A stretch of DNA of 62,545 bases, counting the filler. It is 5 parts of 5 records of this genome, joined end to end, with 100 filler letters (N's around TTAATTAATTAA, not from the genome) between each part and the next. Parts side by side here need not be neighbours in the genome. Positions count along the whole stretch, not along the records: positions 7,555 to 28,593 come from SRR31156797_8515; positions 28,694 to 36,466 come from SRR31156797_8522; 3 more parts are not named here. The stretch is one strand, 5' to 3'. The notes beneath the pieces are model-generated. The model was not told the DNA's origin, ran no database searches, and was given only the letters and a program-made list of their open reading frames with translations. Each line of letters starts with the position of its first letter. Within the stretch, counting starts at the first letter, position 1. The position numbers and the translations under genes are program-made. Positions 24,244 to 34,315 of this stretch are shown here, piece after piece.

Positions 24244-24939
24244 TCATTTCTTCTCCATGCTTTCAATGATGATTTCGGCTGCGATCCTGGCGCCTATTCC
24301 CGGGGGCAACGCGCATCGTTCGTACCCTTGGGCCGCCTTGAAAGCTTCAAAGTTCTCTTGGCCGGCCCTGGGGTCCATATAGCGATCAAAGACCACCTCC
24401 TCATGGATTTTCGGACAGAGAATGGTGCCGAAGGCCTTTTCAAAACGGGGAATGAACTCCCGGGCCGCCGTCATGGCCCGGCCGGTGGCGCCATAATCGG
24501 TGGCATCATTGCTGCCGAAGTAAAGACCCAGAGCCATGAGTCCGCCGGTCACGCCGCCGCAGATCCAGCCGGTCATGCCGAAACCGGGAAAAGGTGAAAG
24601 GGCCTTGATGATCTCCATATCTTTTCCCAGGCCGAACGCCTCCATCACGGCCAAGGCCGAGCCCTTGGCACAGTTATGGCTCACATATTCATATTCCTCT
24701 CCCCGGAGCTGAACCCGGTCCAGGATCTCTCCCTTGGACGACACAATGATTGCTTCATCCAGCCTTTTTTCGGGAATTCCTTTTTCGGAAAACGACTTCA
24801 GCCTGGCCTCAATCCCGGCTCTGTCCCAATCCCGTTTCCGCAATTCCGCCACCCTCGCCTTTAACGCAGTTAAATCGGTCATCTGTTCTGATCTCTCCTC
24901 CAGTTCAATTTGGGCGATTTCCAGAAAATTTATCTGCAT
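24244..24939 (-). CDS. C-GCAxxG-C-C family putative redox-active protein
   Basis: NCAKG, ICGGVTGG, GTILCPKI and C-terminal Cys in the family's spacing. Confidence 0.8.
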   Translation of the reverse strand: MQINFLEIAQIELEERSEQMTDLTALKARVAELRKRDWDRAGIEARLKSFSEKGIPEKRLDEAIIVSSKGEILDRVQLRGEEYEYVSHNCAKGSALAVMEAFGLGKDMEIIKALSPFPGFGMTGWICGGVTGGLMALGLYFGSNDATDYGATGRAMTAAREFIPRFEKAFGTILCPKIHEEVVFDRYMDPRAGQENFEAFKAAQGYERCALPPGIGARIAAEIIIESMEKK

Positions 24940-25120
24940 TTTCCCCTACCTATATTTCTGAAGAACCTTTTCTAAAGATATCGCCTTGATTTTTCCTTGC
25001 ACTGATATCAATTTTTTTCATAAGTTAAATATAGTATTTATAAACCAAAAATAATAGTCGAATCAGCACATTCTATGCAAAAGAGCGAGATAATCAACGA
25101 TAATAAGAGCGAAATTCAAT

Positions 25121-26902
25121 ATGTCTGAGGACTCCAAGGAACGAAACATTCTGCAATTTGCCCAGCAAATGGCCCTTCTCTTTGACGCGTCCCACAACGG
25201 TATGGTCATCATAGACCGCCGGGGCGAAATATTGGTCTACAACAAAGCGGCCATGCGCATATTCAACGATTCGGTCTCACCGGTGGGGATGCGCATGTCC
25301 CAATTGCGGCCCGGGACATGGCCGGAGATGGAGCGGATTCTTCAAACCGGCCAACCCCAAATCGGGGTGCGGCTGGAAATCGGGCAGACCACCATCATCG
25401 CCAACCGCAGCCCGGTCATGGACAAGGGACGGGTACTCGGCCTTTTCAGTGTTTTTCAGGATATCTCCGAGTATGAAGCCATTGTCTCCCAGCTGGAGGG
25501 GTATCGGGACCTGGTGCGCGAGCTGGAGGCCATCTTTGAAAACTCCCAGGACGGCATGTACCTGGCCGACTGCCGGGGCAAAACCCTCAGGGTGAACCAG
25601 GCATATGAAAGCATCACCGGGCTGGACCGCAACGACCTCTTGGGCCGACACCTGGGCGATCTCGTGAAAGAGGGGGTACTGGATCACTCGGTGACCCTCG
25701 ATGTGCTGGAGAAAAAGCGCTCCGTGAGCATCATGCAAAATATCCGGGGCGGCAAACGCGTTCTGGTGACCGGCTCTCCCATATTCGACAAACAGGGAGA
25801 CATCGCCTTGGTGGTCTCCAACGTGCGCGATATGACGGCACTGACCGAGCTCAGAAATGAACTGGATAAAGCGAAGCTCCTGTCTGAGCTTTACCAGCAG
25901 TCGTTGCGGGAACAGGATCAATACGAGCACGCCCTGGAGGGCTTGGTGGCCAAAAGCAAGGCCATGAGCGATGTGGTCAAAAAGGCCATAAAGGTGGCGG
26001 GCTTCGAGGCCCAGGTACTCATCAGAGGTGAGTCCGGGGTCGGCAAAAGCATGCTGGCCCGTGTTATCCACAATGTGGGGCCCCGCAAAGACGGGCCTTT
26101 TACCAAGATCAACTGCGGGGTAATCCCCGAATCACTCATGGAGAGTGAACTGTTCGGCTATGAAAAAGGGGCCTTCACCGGAGCGACCTCCGAAGGGAAG
26201 GCGGGCCTTGTGGAGACCGGACAGGGCGGCACGGTTTTCTTTGACGAGGTGGGAGAGTTGACCCCCGCCATGCAGGTGAAGCTCTTGCAGGTCATCGATG
26301 AAAAGACCTTCACAAGGGTGGGCGGCACCAAACCCGTGAAAGTGGATGTGCACATCATCGCCGCCACGAACCGCGATCTGGACCAATTGAAAAAGCAGGG
26401 GCGTTTCAGGGATGATCTTTTCTACCGGCTCAACGTGGTACCCATCAATATCCCACCCCTACGGGAACGGAGTGAGGACATTTTGTTGCTGGCCCTGAAG
26501 ACACTGGAAAAGCTCAACGCCAATCGGGGAATGCATAAGCAAATGCGCCCCGAAGTTTTGGAGCGATTGATGCGTTACGACTATCCCGGAAACGTGCGTG
26601 AGTTGATAAACCTGGTGGAGAGGATGGTTGTCATGAGCGACGGGCAGACCATTACACTGGGAGATCTGCCGGAAACCATGGGTCGGCTGTCCGAAGAGGA
26701 TTCTTCCCAGGAACTTAGCCTCAAAGCGGCAATGGCGCGTTTTGAAGCCCGCCTGATCCGGGAGGCTTTGCACAGGCACCATACCCTGGAACATGCCGCC
26801 AGGTCGTTGGGCATCCACACCACGACCCTGTGGCGAAAACTCAAACGAGGGAAAGACACGCCACCATTGCAAAAACGCAATATCATTGCAGATTCGCAAT
26901 AA
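25121..26902 (+). CDS. Sigma-54-dependent activator with two PAS domains and Fis-type HTH
   Basis: GESGVGKS, ESELFGY, GAFTGA, FFDEVGE, FRDDLFYRL, YPGNVREL, C-terminal HTH. Confidence 0.95.
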   Translation: MSEDSKERNILQFAQQMALLFDASHNGMVIIDRRGEILVYNKAAMRIFNDSVSPVGMRMSQLRPGTWPEMERILQTGQPQIGVRLEIGQTTIIANRSPVMDKGRVLGLFSVFQDISEYEAIVSQLEGYRDLVRELEAIFENSQDGMYLADCRGKTLRVNQAYESITGLDRNDLLGRHLGDLVKEGVLDHSVTLDVLEKKRSVSIMQNIRGGKRVLVTGSPIFDKQGDIALVVSNVRDMTALTELRNELDKAKLLSELYQQSLREQDQYEHALEGLVAKSKAMSDVVKKAIKVAGFEAQVLIRGESGVGKSMLARVIHNVGPRKDGPFTKINCGVIPESLMESELFGYEKGAFTGATSEGKAGLVETGQGGTVFFDEVGELTPAMQVKLLQVIDEKTFTRVGGTKPVKVDVHIIAATNRDLDQLKKQGRFRDDLFYRLNVVPINIPPLRERSEDILLLALKTLEKLNANRGMHKQMRPEVLERLMRYDYPGNVRELINLVERMVVMSDGQTITLGDLPETMGRLSEEDSSQELSLKAAMARFEARLIREALHRHHTLEHAARSLGIHTTTLWRKLKRGKDTPPLQKRNIIADSQ

Positions 26903-26979
26903 AAGCTTATCATATTAATATCACATTATAAAATAATTCTTATGGAACTAATGCTTGAGCAAAAAATGCATATCCGCAA
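26867..26979. promoter_or_regulatory. Three palindromic candidate enhancer (UAS) sites
   Basis: TTGCAAAAACGCAA 26867-26880, TTGCAGATTCGCAA 26886-26899, ATGCATATCCGCAA 26966-26979. Confidence 0.65.
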
Positions 26980-27057
26980 TGTTCCGATCCGGATGTCGCG
27001 TATCCCTTCAAAGCAAAAGACAGTCTATTTCAGTCCGTTAGCCTCCAACTCCATCTG

Positions 27058-27073
27058 TGGCATATTGGTTGCA
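27058..27073 (+). promoter_or_regulatory. Sigma-54 -24/-12 promoter
   Basis: TGGCATATTGGTTGCA, GG-N10-GC, 75 nt upstream of the aor start. Confidence 0.85.
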
Positions 27074-27147
27074 TAAACGATACGTTTACCGGCGCAGCAA
27101 AGTAACCGCATTTTGCTTTTGGAGTCGTGAGCTGGAAAGGAGTGCTT

Positions 27148-28593
27148 ATGAAAGGTTTTTATAACATGTTGCTGGTGGTGGATGCTACCCATCAGTCCTT
27201 TGAATTGAAACGTCTGGACGACGATCTGCTTAAAAACACTCTGGGCGGCAAGGGGCTGGCCACCCACCTGCTGCTGACCCATAACCCGGCGGGAGTCGAC
27301 CCCTTAGGTCCGGAGAACAACCTGATTTTCGCATCCGGCCCCGTCACCAATACCGGCATCTGGGGATCCTGCCGTCACGGGGTCTATACCAAATCGCCCC
27401 AGACCGGTTTTTATTCCGAGTCCTACGCAGGGGGAACGGCGGCCGAGTCCATGGCCGCAACAGGCTTTGACGCAGTCATGATAAAGGGCGCCGGCACAGT
27501 ACCCTTGTGGCTGGAGATCGGAGAGACCGGTGTCTCATTTCACTCGGCCCAAGACCTCTGGGGCCTGGACACCTATGAGACCGAGGACCGGATCAAAGAT
27601 TGGATCAAAGAAAACCGCCCCGCCGCCAAACGCTCCGGTGTGGTGACCATAGGCCCGGCAGGGGAAAACAGGATCGTCTTCGCGGTCATCGAAAATGACT
27701 ATTGGCGTTCAGCCGGTCGCACCGGTGTGGGCGCGGTCATGGGCGCCAAGAACATCAAGGCCATCGCTTTCTGGGGCAATCGTAAAAGGGATGTGGCCGA
27801 CCCGGGCCTGCTTAAATCCTTTACCAGGGAAATGTCGGCCCGGTCCAAGGAAGACGCCGGCGTCAAGGCCTACAAGAGCATGGGCACCCCCATGCTGGTG
27901 GACGTCATGAATAACGCCGGAGGCTTCCCCACCCGTTACTGGCACAAAGGCACCAGTGAAAACCGTGAACGCATCAACGCCGCGGCCCTCCATGAGCGCT
28001 GTGAAGTGCAGCCCCATGCCTGCTTGAAGTGCTTCATCGCCTGTGGCCGCTTGACCACCGTAAAAGAGGGCCGCCACAAAGGGTTGAAGATCGAGGGGCC
28101 CGAGTACGAAACCATTTACGCTTTCGGGGGATTGTGCGAGGTGGCCGACATCGAGGAGATCGCCTATCTCAACGACGTTTGCGACCGATTGGGATTGGAC
28201 ACCATGACCGGCGGCAATCTGGCGGCTTTTACCATGGAGGCGGTTGAACAGGGCAAGCTGGATCATGACATCGGCTACGGCCGTGTGGATGCCATCGCCG
28301 ACCTGCTGGGAGATATCGCCCACAGAAGGGGCATTGGCCAAGTGTTGGCCCAAGGGATCAAGGCCGCTGCCAAAGCCTGGGACATGGAGGGCCAGGCCAT
28401 ACACGTCAAGGGCATGGAGCCCGCCGGCTATGACCCCAGGGTGCTCAAGGGCATGGGTTTGGCCTACGGAACCAGCGACCGGGGAGCCTGCCACCTGCGG
28501 GCCACCTTCTACAAGCCTGAACTGGCGGGCATGGTAGACCCCGAGAAGATCGGCGGCAAGGCGGAAATTTTCGCCCTTTGGGAAGACCGCCTG
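27148..28593 (+). CDS. aor: Aldehyde:ferredoxin oxidoreductase family protein (truncated by contig end)
   Basis: RBS AAGGAG; LGGKGL, KSPQTG, IGPAGEN, GRTGVGAVMG, CLKCFIAC, GPEYET, YGTSDRGACH. Confidence 0.92.
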
Positions 28594-28693
28594 NNNNNNN
28601 NNNNNNNNNNNNNNNNNNNNNNNNNNNNNNNNNNNNNTTAATTAATTAANNNNNNNNNNNNNNNNNNNNNNNNNNNNNNNNNNNNNNNNNNNN
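28594..28693. other. Artificial contig spacer
   Basis: N44-TTAATTAATTAA-N44. Confidence 0.98.
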
Positions 28694-28722
28694 TGTAGCC
28701 TGCGATAAAAAGAGCAAAAGAA

Positions 28723-28756
28723 AACCCCAGCAAGCTTGAATTGGCTTACTGGGGTT
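28723..28756 (-). terminator. Intrinsic terminator after the 164-aa gene
   Basis: AACCCCAGCAAGC...GCTTACTGGGGTT with T-rich tail on the minus strand. Confidence 0.7.
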
Positions 28757-28766
28757 AATATTGTAA

Positions 28767-29261
28767 TTAAATATGATAGATAGTAGAGTTAAGAAAAAAT
28801 GAATTTTCAACTTGTTGTAATATATGGTTAGTCATTTCATCAATATTGCAGTACATGTTTTTAAAATGGTCATCATAACCTTCTGTTAAAAAAATTTCTA
28901 AATCTTCTGGAGAAATTATATCAATAAAATACTCCAAACTTTCTTTAAATTTTTCGATATTTTTTTGACAGTAATTATTAAAAAAACTTCTATCATCGCC
29001 ATTTGGAAATAGTATATTATTATTATATTTATTATACGGGAATAACAAATCGTCACTATTCGTTGGCTGATTATCAGTTGTTAAACAAAAAATGTGATTA
29101 TGCTTAGAACCGCTTTGCTCTAGTATCATTTTATGTATATCATCATAAAAATTAATTTCTTCATCTAAGTATAATCTTATTCCGGTATTTGACATATATT
29201 TTTTAACTTTAATAATTGGATTACACTTTGATTTGTAGGTACCAAATAATATATGGCTCAT
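28767..29261 (-). CDS. Hypothetical protein, probable orphan immunity protein
   Basis: Strong RBS AGGAGGT; 164 aa, acidic; directly downstream of an Rhs core remnant. Confidence 0.6.
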   Translation of the reverse strand: MSHILFGTYKSKCNPIIKVKKYMSNTGIRLYLDEEINFYDDIHKMILEQSGSKHNHIFCLTTDNQPTNSDDLLFPYNKYNNNILFPNGDDRSFFNNYCQKNIEKFKESLEYFIDIISPEDLEIFLTEGYDDHFKNMYCNIDEMTNHILQQVENSFFLNSTIYHI

Positions 29262-29290
29262 GTAGCCACCTCCTAGTAAATTTAAATATT

Positions 29291-29554
29291 TTAATAACCG
29301 TAAGGCAACTGCCTATTGGCTGACCTTTGGTATTGTAATTGTAGAGAATTAGAATCACTACCAGAAGAACTACTGGAACTTCCAGTGTACGAACCATCAT
29401 CATCGTCATAATCATCTGGATTCCAAGAATCTGTATTTGAATATGCTCCAGAACTATCAGCTCCATAATATTCATGTCCACTAGGTCAATATATCTAAAT
29501 TGGATTGGTAATCTCACCCTTGTAACTATCCTCGGTAATGAACCTTCTGATAGA
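29291..29554 (-). pseudogene. Decayed Rhs/YD-repeat toxin remnant (core end plus partial C-terminal region)
   Basis: SIRRFITEDSYKGEITNPI, frameshift, RYID, frameshift, SGHEYYGADSSG...; resembles Rhs core end RF..ED......NP..YIDPSGH. Confidence 0.7.
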
Positions 29555-29569
29555 ACAAATCCACCTAAA

Positions 29570-29590
29570 TCCTCCTTTATTAAAGGAGGA
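29570..29590. repeat. Short palindrome (terminator or REP-like)
   Basis: TCCTCCTTTA-T-TAAAGGAGGA followed by CTTTTTT. Confidence 0.5.
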
Positions 29591-29767
29591 CTTTTTTCTT
29601 TAATTGATAATTTGATTATACCAAAGTAGAGCTATTCACTAAATAAATTTTACTTTATTATTTACTAATTTATAATGAACTGCTATTACATTTTCATACT
29701 TTTGATCACTACAAATCAAACTCAAAATAAATATAGACTGCAATTCAAATAGAATCATAGTTTATTA

Positions 29768-30961
29768 TTAGTTCATTTCTACTTCAAGAGTATAATCTCC
29801 TGTTGTAGAACTACTAAGTCCTTCAACAAATAAAAAATATGTTCCTGCTGTCAAATATATTTCAATTTCAAAATCTAAGCCTAAACTTCCATCATCATTA
29901 CTAGCTAATTCATTTTCTGATTCGTCATATAAATAACCCACTGTATCTATTGAACTTGTTGTATAAAAACTGTATGTTCCTGCTTCCGTTACATCTATTT
30001 CATAACAATCTATTTCATCTTCTTCAAGAGTTGTTATATAAGTAGCTGAGTTATCTGAATCTAAAGTTAGCTCGTAACTTTCGGCCGAAAGACTAGAACT
30101 ACCATTAACATTTAAAGTATAATCTCCAGTTTCACCATCATATTCAACTACAACTAAATAGTATGTTCCTTCAGTCATAGTATATAAAATTCCAAAATTC
30201 ATACCATCGTAGTCATCATTCATTGTTAATAGTTCTCCATTAGAATCACATAAAAATCCTACTGTATCTAATTCACTTGAGCTTGATAGAAGATATGTTC
30301 CTGCTTCCGTTATTTCTAATTCATAACAATTTATCTCAGTATTACTATCAAAACTACCTTCGATTGAAATAGCTGATTCTAACGCTAACTCCATTTCATA
30401 TGCATCAGTGAAAATATCATCATTTGAAATGAATGAAATAGTATTTAAGAATATATAGAAATTATCAAGTTCCTGATCAAAATAACTTTCTGAATCGATA
30501 GAGCAGATAACATCAATTTCAAATATTAAGCCTTCCATAAAAACAACAGCAGCTTCATAACAATATCCACCGTCTTCTTCGGAATAATAGAATATTGTAT
30601 ATTTTTCCCCATCTTTTTCAAAATTACTTTCTGAGTACTCATCAGCATTTTCCTTAATAGCTTCTCTTATCTCAGCTACAGAATCATACTCTTCACTAGG
30701 ATAAGTTACTTCAATTTCTACTTCTCCATCAGTATAATTAAGATAAAACCCAACTTCATAAGCACTTGAATCATCCTCATAAGTACTTGGAACTCCATAA
30801 TCTATTCCTAATAATGAATTTGATTCAATACTCCAACTACTTGGTATTGTATAAGTATCAACTGAAAACGTATCAGATGATGTTGAACTATTCTCCTCTT
30901 CACTTCCACAACCAACTAATAATACTCCCAATAGTAATATTAATGCCCAAACTTTCTTCAT
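29768..30961 (-). CDS. Highly acidic lipoprotein with two tandem PPC-like beta domains
   Basis: Lipobox LLVGC; duplicated CYE.EI/VTEAGTY...DTVG.L.D..NDD..GTY units. Confidence 0.75.
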   Translation of the reverse strand: MKKVWALILLLGVLLVGCGSEEENSSTSSDTFSVDTYTIPSSWSIESNSLLGIDYGVPSTYEDDSSAYEVGFYLNYTDGEVEIEVTYPSEEYDSVAEIREAIKENADEYSESNFEKDGEKYTIFYYSEEDGGYCYEAAVVFMEGLIFEIDVICSIDSESYFDQELDNFYIFLNTISFISNDDIFTDAYEMELALESAISIEGSFDSNTEINCYELEITEAGTYLLSSSSELDTVGFLCDSNGELLTMNDDYDGMNFGILYTMTEGTYYLVVVEYDGETGDYTLNVNGSSSLSAESYELTLDSDNSATYITTLEEDEIDCYEIDVTEAGTYSFYTTSSIDTVGYLYDESENELASNDDGSLGLDFEIEIYLTAGTYFLFVEGLSSSTTGDYTLEVEMN

Positions 30962-31355
30962 TTAATTCTTCCTCCCTTAGATGTGTTTTAAGCTCGCTTA
31001 CTATTCAGAAAAGTTAGATGTTTTCAAACATCAATATTCACTAACTCTGTTTTAACAATTCAAGCTTATGTTTTATATTCCCAAAAACCCATCAACAAGT
31101 ATATCACATAACTTTCACATTGTTAACTTTTTTTTATTCTTAATAGTAATTTTTTAGTAACTATTAAGAATGTTCCACTTTGAAATTTGTATTTAAATAA
31201 AAAAAATGTTTAATCTTCACCATAACGAAATGACAATTATGATATTTATTTCTCATTTTCTTTTTTTTATTATTGTAACGAGTTTTCTTATGATAACTTT
31301 TTTTCAATCTTACTTTATACTTCAAACTTTTAGTACAATTATTAATGTATACTAA

Positions 31356-31377
31356 AAAAACACCCGAAGGTGTTTTT
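31356..31377 (-). terminator. Intrinsic terminator after glgA
   Basis: AAAAACACC-CGAA-GGTGTTTTT. Confidence 0.8.
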
Positions 31378-31385
31378 AATAAAAT

Positions 31386-32792
31386 TTATTTCTCTAATGC
31401 TTTCATATACAACTTCTCATATTCCTCAGCTGAATCATCCCAAGAATAATTGCCCTGCATTCCCCGGACCATAAGTTTCAGCCAAGTTTCCTTATCGTTA
31501 TTATATATGTCAAAGGCTCTTCTAATGGTATACATCATATCATGAGCGTTATAGTTAGTGAAGGTGAATCCGTTTCCTTCATCTATTTCGTACTCATATG
31601 CTAACACAGTATCATTAAGTCCTCCTGTTTCCCTCACAATAGGCACAGTCCCGTATCGCATAGAGAGAAGCTGGCTTAAGCCACAGGGCTCAAATAACGA
31701 TGGCATAAGAAATATATCGGCTCCGGCATATATCCTGTTTGCCAGCCATTCATCGTATCCTATTTTAACAGCAACTTTATCGCTAAACTTATGTTTTAGG
31801 TCATAAAGAAGGTTTTCATATTTACTTTCTCCTGCACCCAGGATTATCAACTGAAACTCATCTTGCTCGAGCATCTCATATATTACTCTTTCTATTAAGT
31901 CGAACCCTTTTTGCCCAGTAAGTCTGGAAATAATTCCAATTACTGGAATATTTTCGTTTTCAGGAAGTTTAAACTCGTTTTGTAGTGCTAATTTATTTTC
32001 AAGTTTTTTTTGCAGTGAATCCAAATCGTAGTTCTGTTTTATATGTTTATCAGAAACAGGATTAAAAACATCATAGTCAATTCCGTTTATTATTCCGTAA
32101 AGGTCGTTTTCTCTTAAGTTAAGGTCATAATTTAGACCCTCTCCAAAATAATCAGTTTTTATCTCTTTACTATAAGTTTTACTCACTGTATTTATTATAT
32201 CAGCATTTTTTATACCTATTTTCATGAAATTAATATAACCGTCTGGTATTGGGTAATCTAAATATTTAAATACAGATTCACCAAACCAGCCCTGATATCT
32301 TAAATTATGGATAGTATATAACGTTTTCATTTCTCTATAAAATTTATCTTCTTTGAATACCTTATTTAGGAAGTAAGGTATTAATCCTGTTTGCCAGTCG
32401 TTACAATGAATTATTTCAGCTTTAAACTCTATTTCTTTTAGTAACCTGAGAGCTATTTCAGAAAATAATGCAAATTGAAGATCCTTATCATCATTTTCAT
32501 ATAGGCTTTCACGTTCAAAAAAGCTTCTGTTTTCAATAAAATAGTATGTTATATTATCTTGAATAATTCTATAAATATTATATATTTCATCATTTCTTTC
32601 TATCGCTGTAACAAATTCCAGACTAGTAGCAACAGGGAGTTTGACTTGTGAATACTTTGGGAGAATTACTCTTATATCATGATCTCGTTTTCTCAGAGCC
32701 TTTGGTAGTCCATAAGCAACATCTGCGAGTCCGCCGGTTTTAATAAACGGGAATACTTCTGAAGCAACAAATAGTATTTTAAATTTCTGCAT
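31386..32792 (-). CDS. glgA: Glycogen synthase (GT5)
   Basis: KTGGLADV, HCNDWQTG, TIHNL, FEPCGLSQL, TGGLNDTV. Confidence 0.96.
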   Translation of the reverse strand: MQKFKILFVASEVFPFIKTGGLADVAYGLPKALRKRDHDIRVILPKYSQVKLPVATSLEFVTAIERNDEIYNIYRIIQDNITYYFIENRSFFERESLYENDDKDLQFALFSEIALRLLKEIEFKAEIIHCNDWQTGLIPYFLNKVFKEDKFYREMKTLYTIHNLRYQGWFGESVFKYLDYPIPDGYINFMKIGIKNADIINTVSKTYSKEIKTDYFGEGLNYDLNLRENDLYGIINGIDYDVFNPVSDKHIKQNYDLDSLQKKLENKLALQNEFKLPENENIPVIGIISRLTGQKGFDLIERVIYEMLEQDEFQLIILGAGESKYENLLYDLKHKFSDKVAVKIGYDEWLANRIYAGADIFLMPSLFEPCGLSQLLSMRYGTVPIVRETGGLNDTVLAYEYEIDEGNGFTFTNYNAHDMMYTIRRAFDIYNNDKETWLKLMVRGMQGNYSWDDSAEEYEKLYMKALEK

Positions 32793-32838
32793 AAAATCCC
32801 TCCAAACTATAGTTAATGCTTAATAGAAGTATAAAAGA

Positions 32839-32863
32839 AAACCCCTTGAAAATCAAGGGGTTT
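32839..32863 (-). terminator. Hairpin between glgC and glgA
   Basis: AAACCCCTTGA-AAA-TCAAGGGGTTT with T-rich tail on the minus strand. Confidence 0.65.
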
Positions 32864-32885
32864 AAATATAATTAATTTAGTTTAA

Positions 32886-34112
32886 TTATTCTTTTACTGT
32901 ATCTCCGGCTTTAACTACTCCGCTAGCTTTTGTTTCAGGGAAAATTCTTACGTTTCTTTCAACAATTGTATTGTCAGCAAGAACAGCACCTTTTCCAATT
33001 ACATTAAGTCCGCTTTGTAATACTTTTGGATTATCTTGGTTAATTGTATAGTCTTCACCAACACCAATTTTAGAGTCATGACCAATGATAACTTCTTTAT
33101 CAATTATCGCTCCGTCGATCTCTACTCCTGGCATTACTTCAGTATCATTAAAGATAACTGCATTTCTTACTTTTGCACCTGGATGAATAACAACTCCTGG
33201 TCCAAGTACACATTTCTCGATATCTCCAGCTACGATACAACCATTAGAAACTAATGATGATACACATCTAGCTTTTGATCCGAACTTAACACTTGGTCTT
33301 TCTTCTGATCTAGTTGAAATTACCCAGTCAGTATCATACATGTCTAATGGCATTTTATCTACTGTTTGAATAAGATCAAGATTAGCCTCTAAGTAAGTGT
33401 CTAATGTTCCAACATCTTTCCAGTAATCTTCAAATTTATAAGCAAATACATTTTTATTGTCGATCATTTCCGGAATAATATGATGTCCGAAATCTAATTC
33501 ATCATGTTTAATTGTTTCAAGAGCTTCGATTAATACATCAGTATTAAAGATATAAATTCCCATTGATGCTAAGTTTGATTTTGGCTCAGCTGGTTTTTCT
33601 ACGAATTTAGTAATTTTCATAGTTTCGTCAGCTTCTAAGATTCCAAATCTACTTGCTTCGTCCCAAGGTACAGGCTGAACTGTAATAGTTAAGTCTGCAT
33701 TGTTTTTCTTATGCTCTTCAATAACTTTACTATAATCCATTTTGTAGATATGATCTCCAGAAAGGATTAATGTGTATTTTGATTTTTGTCTTTTAAGATA
33801 CTCTATGTTTTGAAGTACAGCATCTGCAGTTCCTTTATACCAGTCTGAATGCGGTTGAAGTAAAGTTACACCTGCATTTCTTCTATCAAGATCCCAAGGT
33901 TTTCCCATTCTAATATGCTCATTTAGAGATAAAGGTAAATATTGAGTTAAAATACCAATATTATAAATTCCTGAGTTTGAACAGTTACTTAATGCGAAAT
34001 CGATAATTCTAAATTTTCCTGCAAACGGTACTGCAGGCTTTACTCTGTGTTCTGATAAGATATCAAGTCTAGAACCTCTTCCTCCAGCAAGGATTAGTGC
34101 TAAAACTTCCAT
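32886..34112 (-). CDS. glgC: Glucose-1-phosphate adenylyltransferase
   Basis: LAGGRGSRL, KPAVPF, WYKGTADAV, LSGDHIYKMDY, YWKDVGT; start set at ATG 34112 after RBS AGGGGG. Confidence 0.96.
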   Translation of the reverse strand: MEVLALILAGGRGSRLDILSEHRVKPAVPFAGKFRIIDFALSNCSNSGIYNIGILTQYLPLSLNEHIRMGKPWDLDRRNAGVTLLQPHSDWYKGTADAVLQNIEYLKRQKSKYTLILSGDHIYKMDYSKVIEEHKKNNADLTITVQPVPWDEASRFGILEADETMKITKFVEKPAEPKSNLASMGIYIFNTDVLIEALETIKHDELDFGHHIIPEMIDNKNVFAYKFEDYWKDVGTLDTYLEANLDLIQTVDKMPLDMYDTDWVISTRSEERPSVKFGSKARCVSSLVSNGCIVAGDIEKCVLGPGVVIHPGAKVRNAVIFNDTEVMPGVEIDGAIIDKEVIIGHDSKIGVGEDYTINQDNPKVLQSGLNVIGKGAVLADNTIVERNVRIFPETKASGVVKAGDTVKE

Positions 34113-34315
34113 TCTGATTCCCCCTTGTAATATTATTGAAATTAGCATTTAAATTCTCTTATTATGATTGGAGTTATGATAAGAAAATTCGTGTGTTATT
34201 TTCAAGATATTTTTTTGAAATAATATTCGTCAAATCTGAAAACTTTTAATGTTTTCTTATAAATAAAAGTTTATTCTTTAATTTTGTTAATTCAAACAAC
34301 TATTTTAAGTTTTTA

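Noticed and set aside
29221-29517. 98-aa ORF from the ORF track
   Set aside because: Off-frame reading of the Rhs remnant; overlaps the downstream gene
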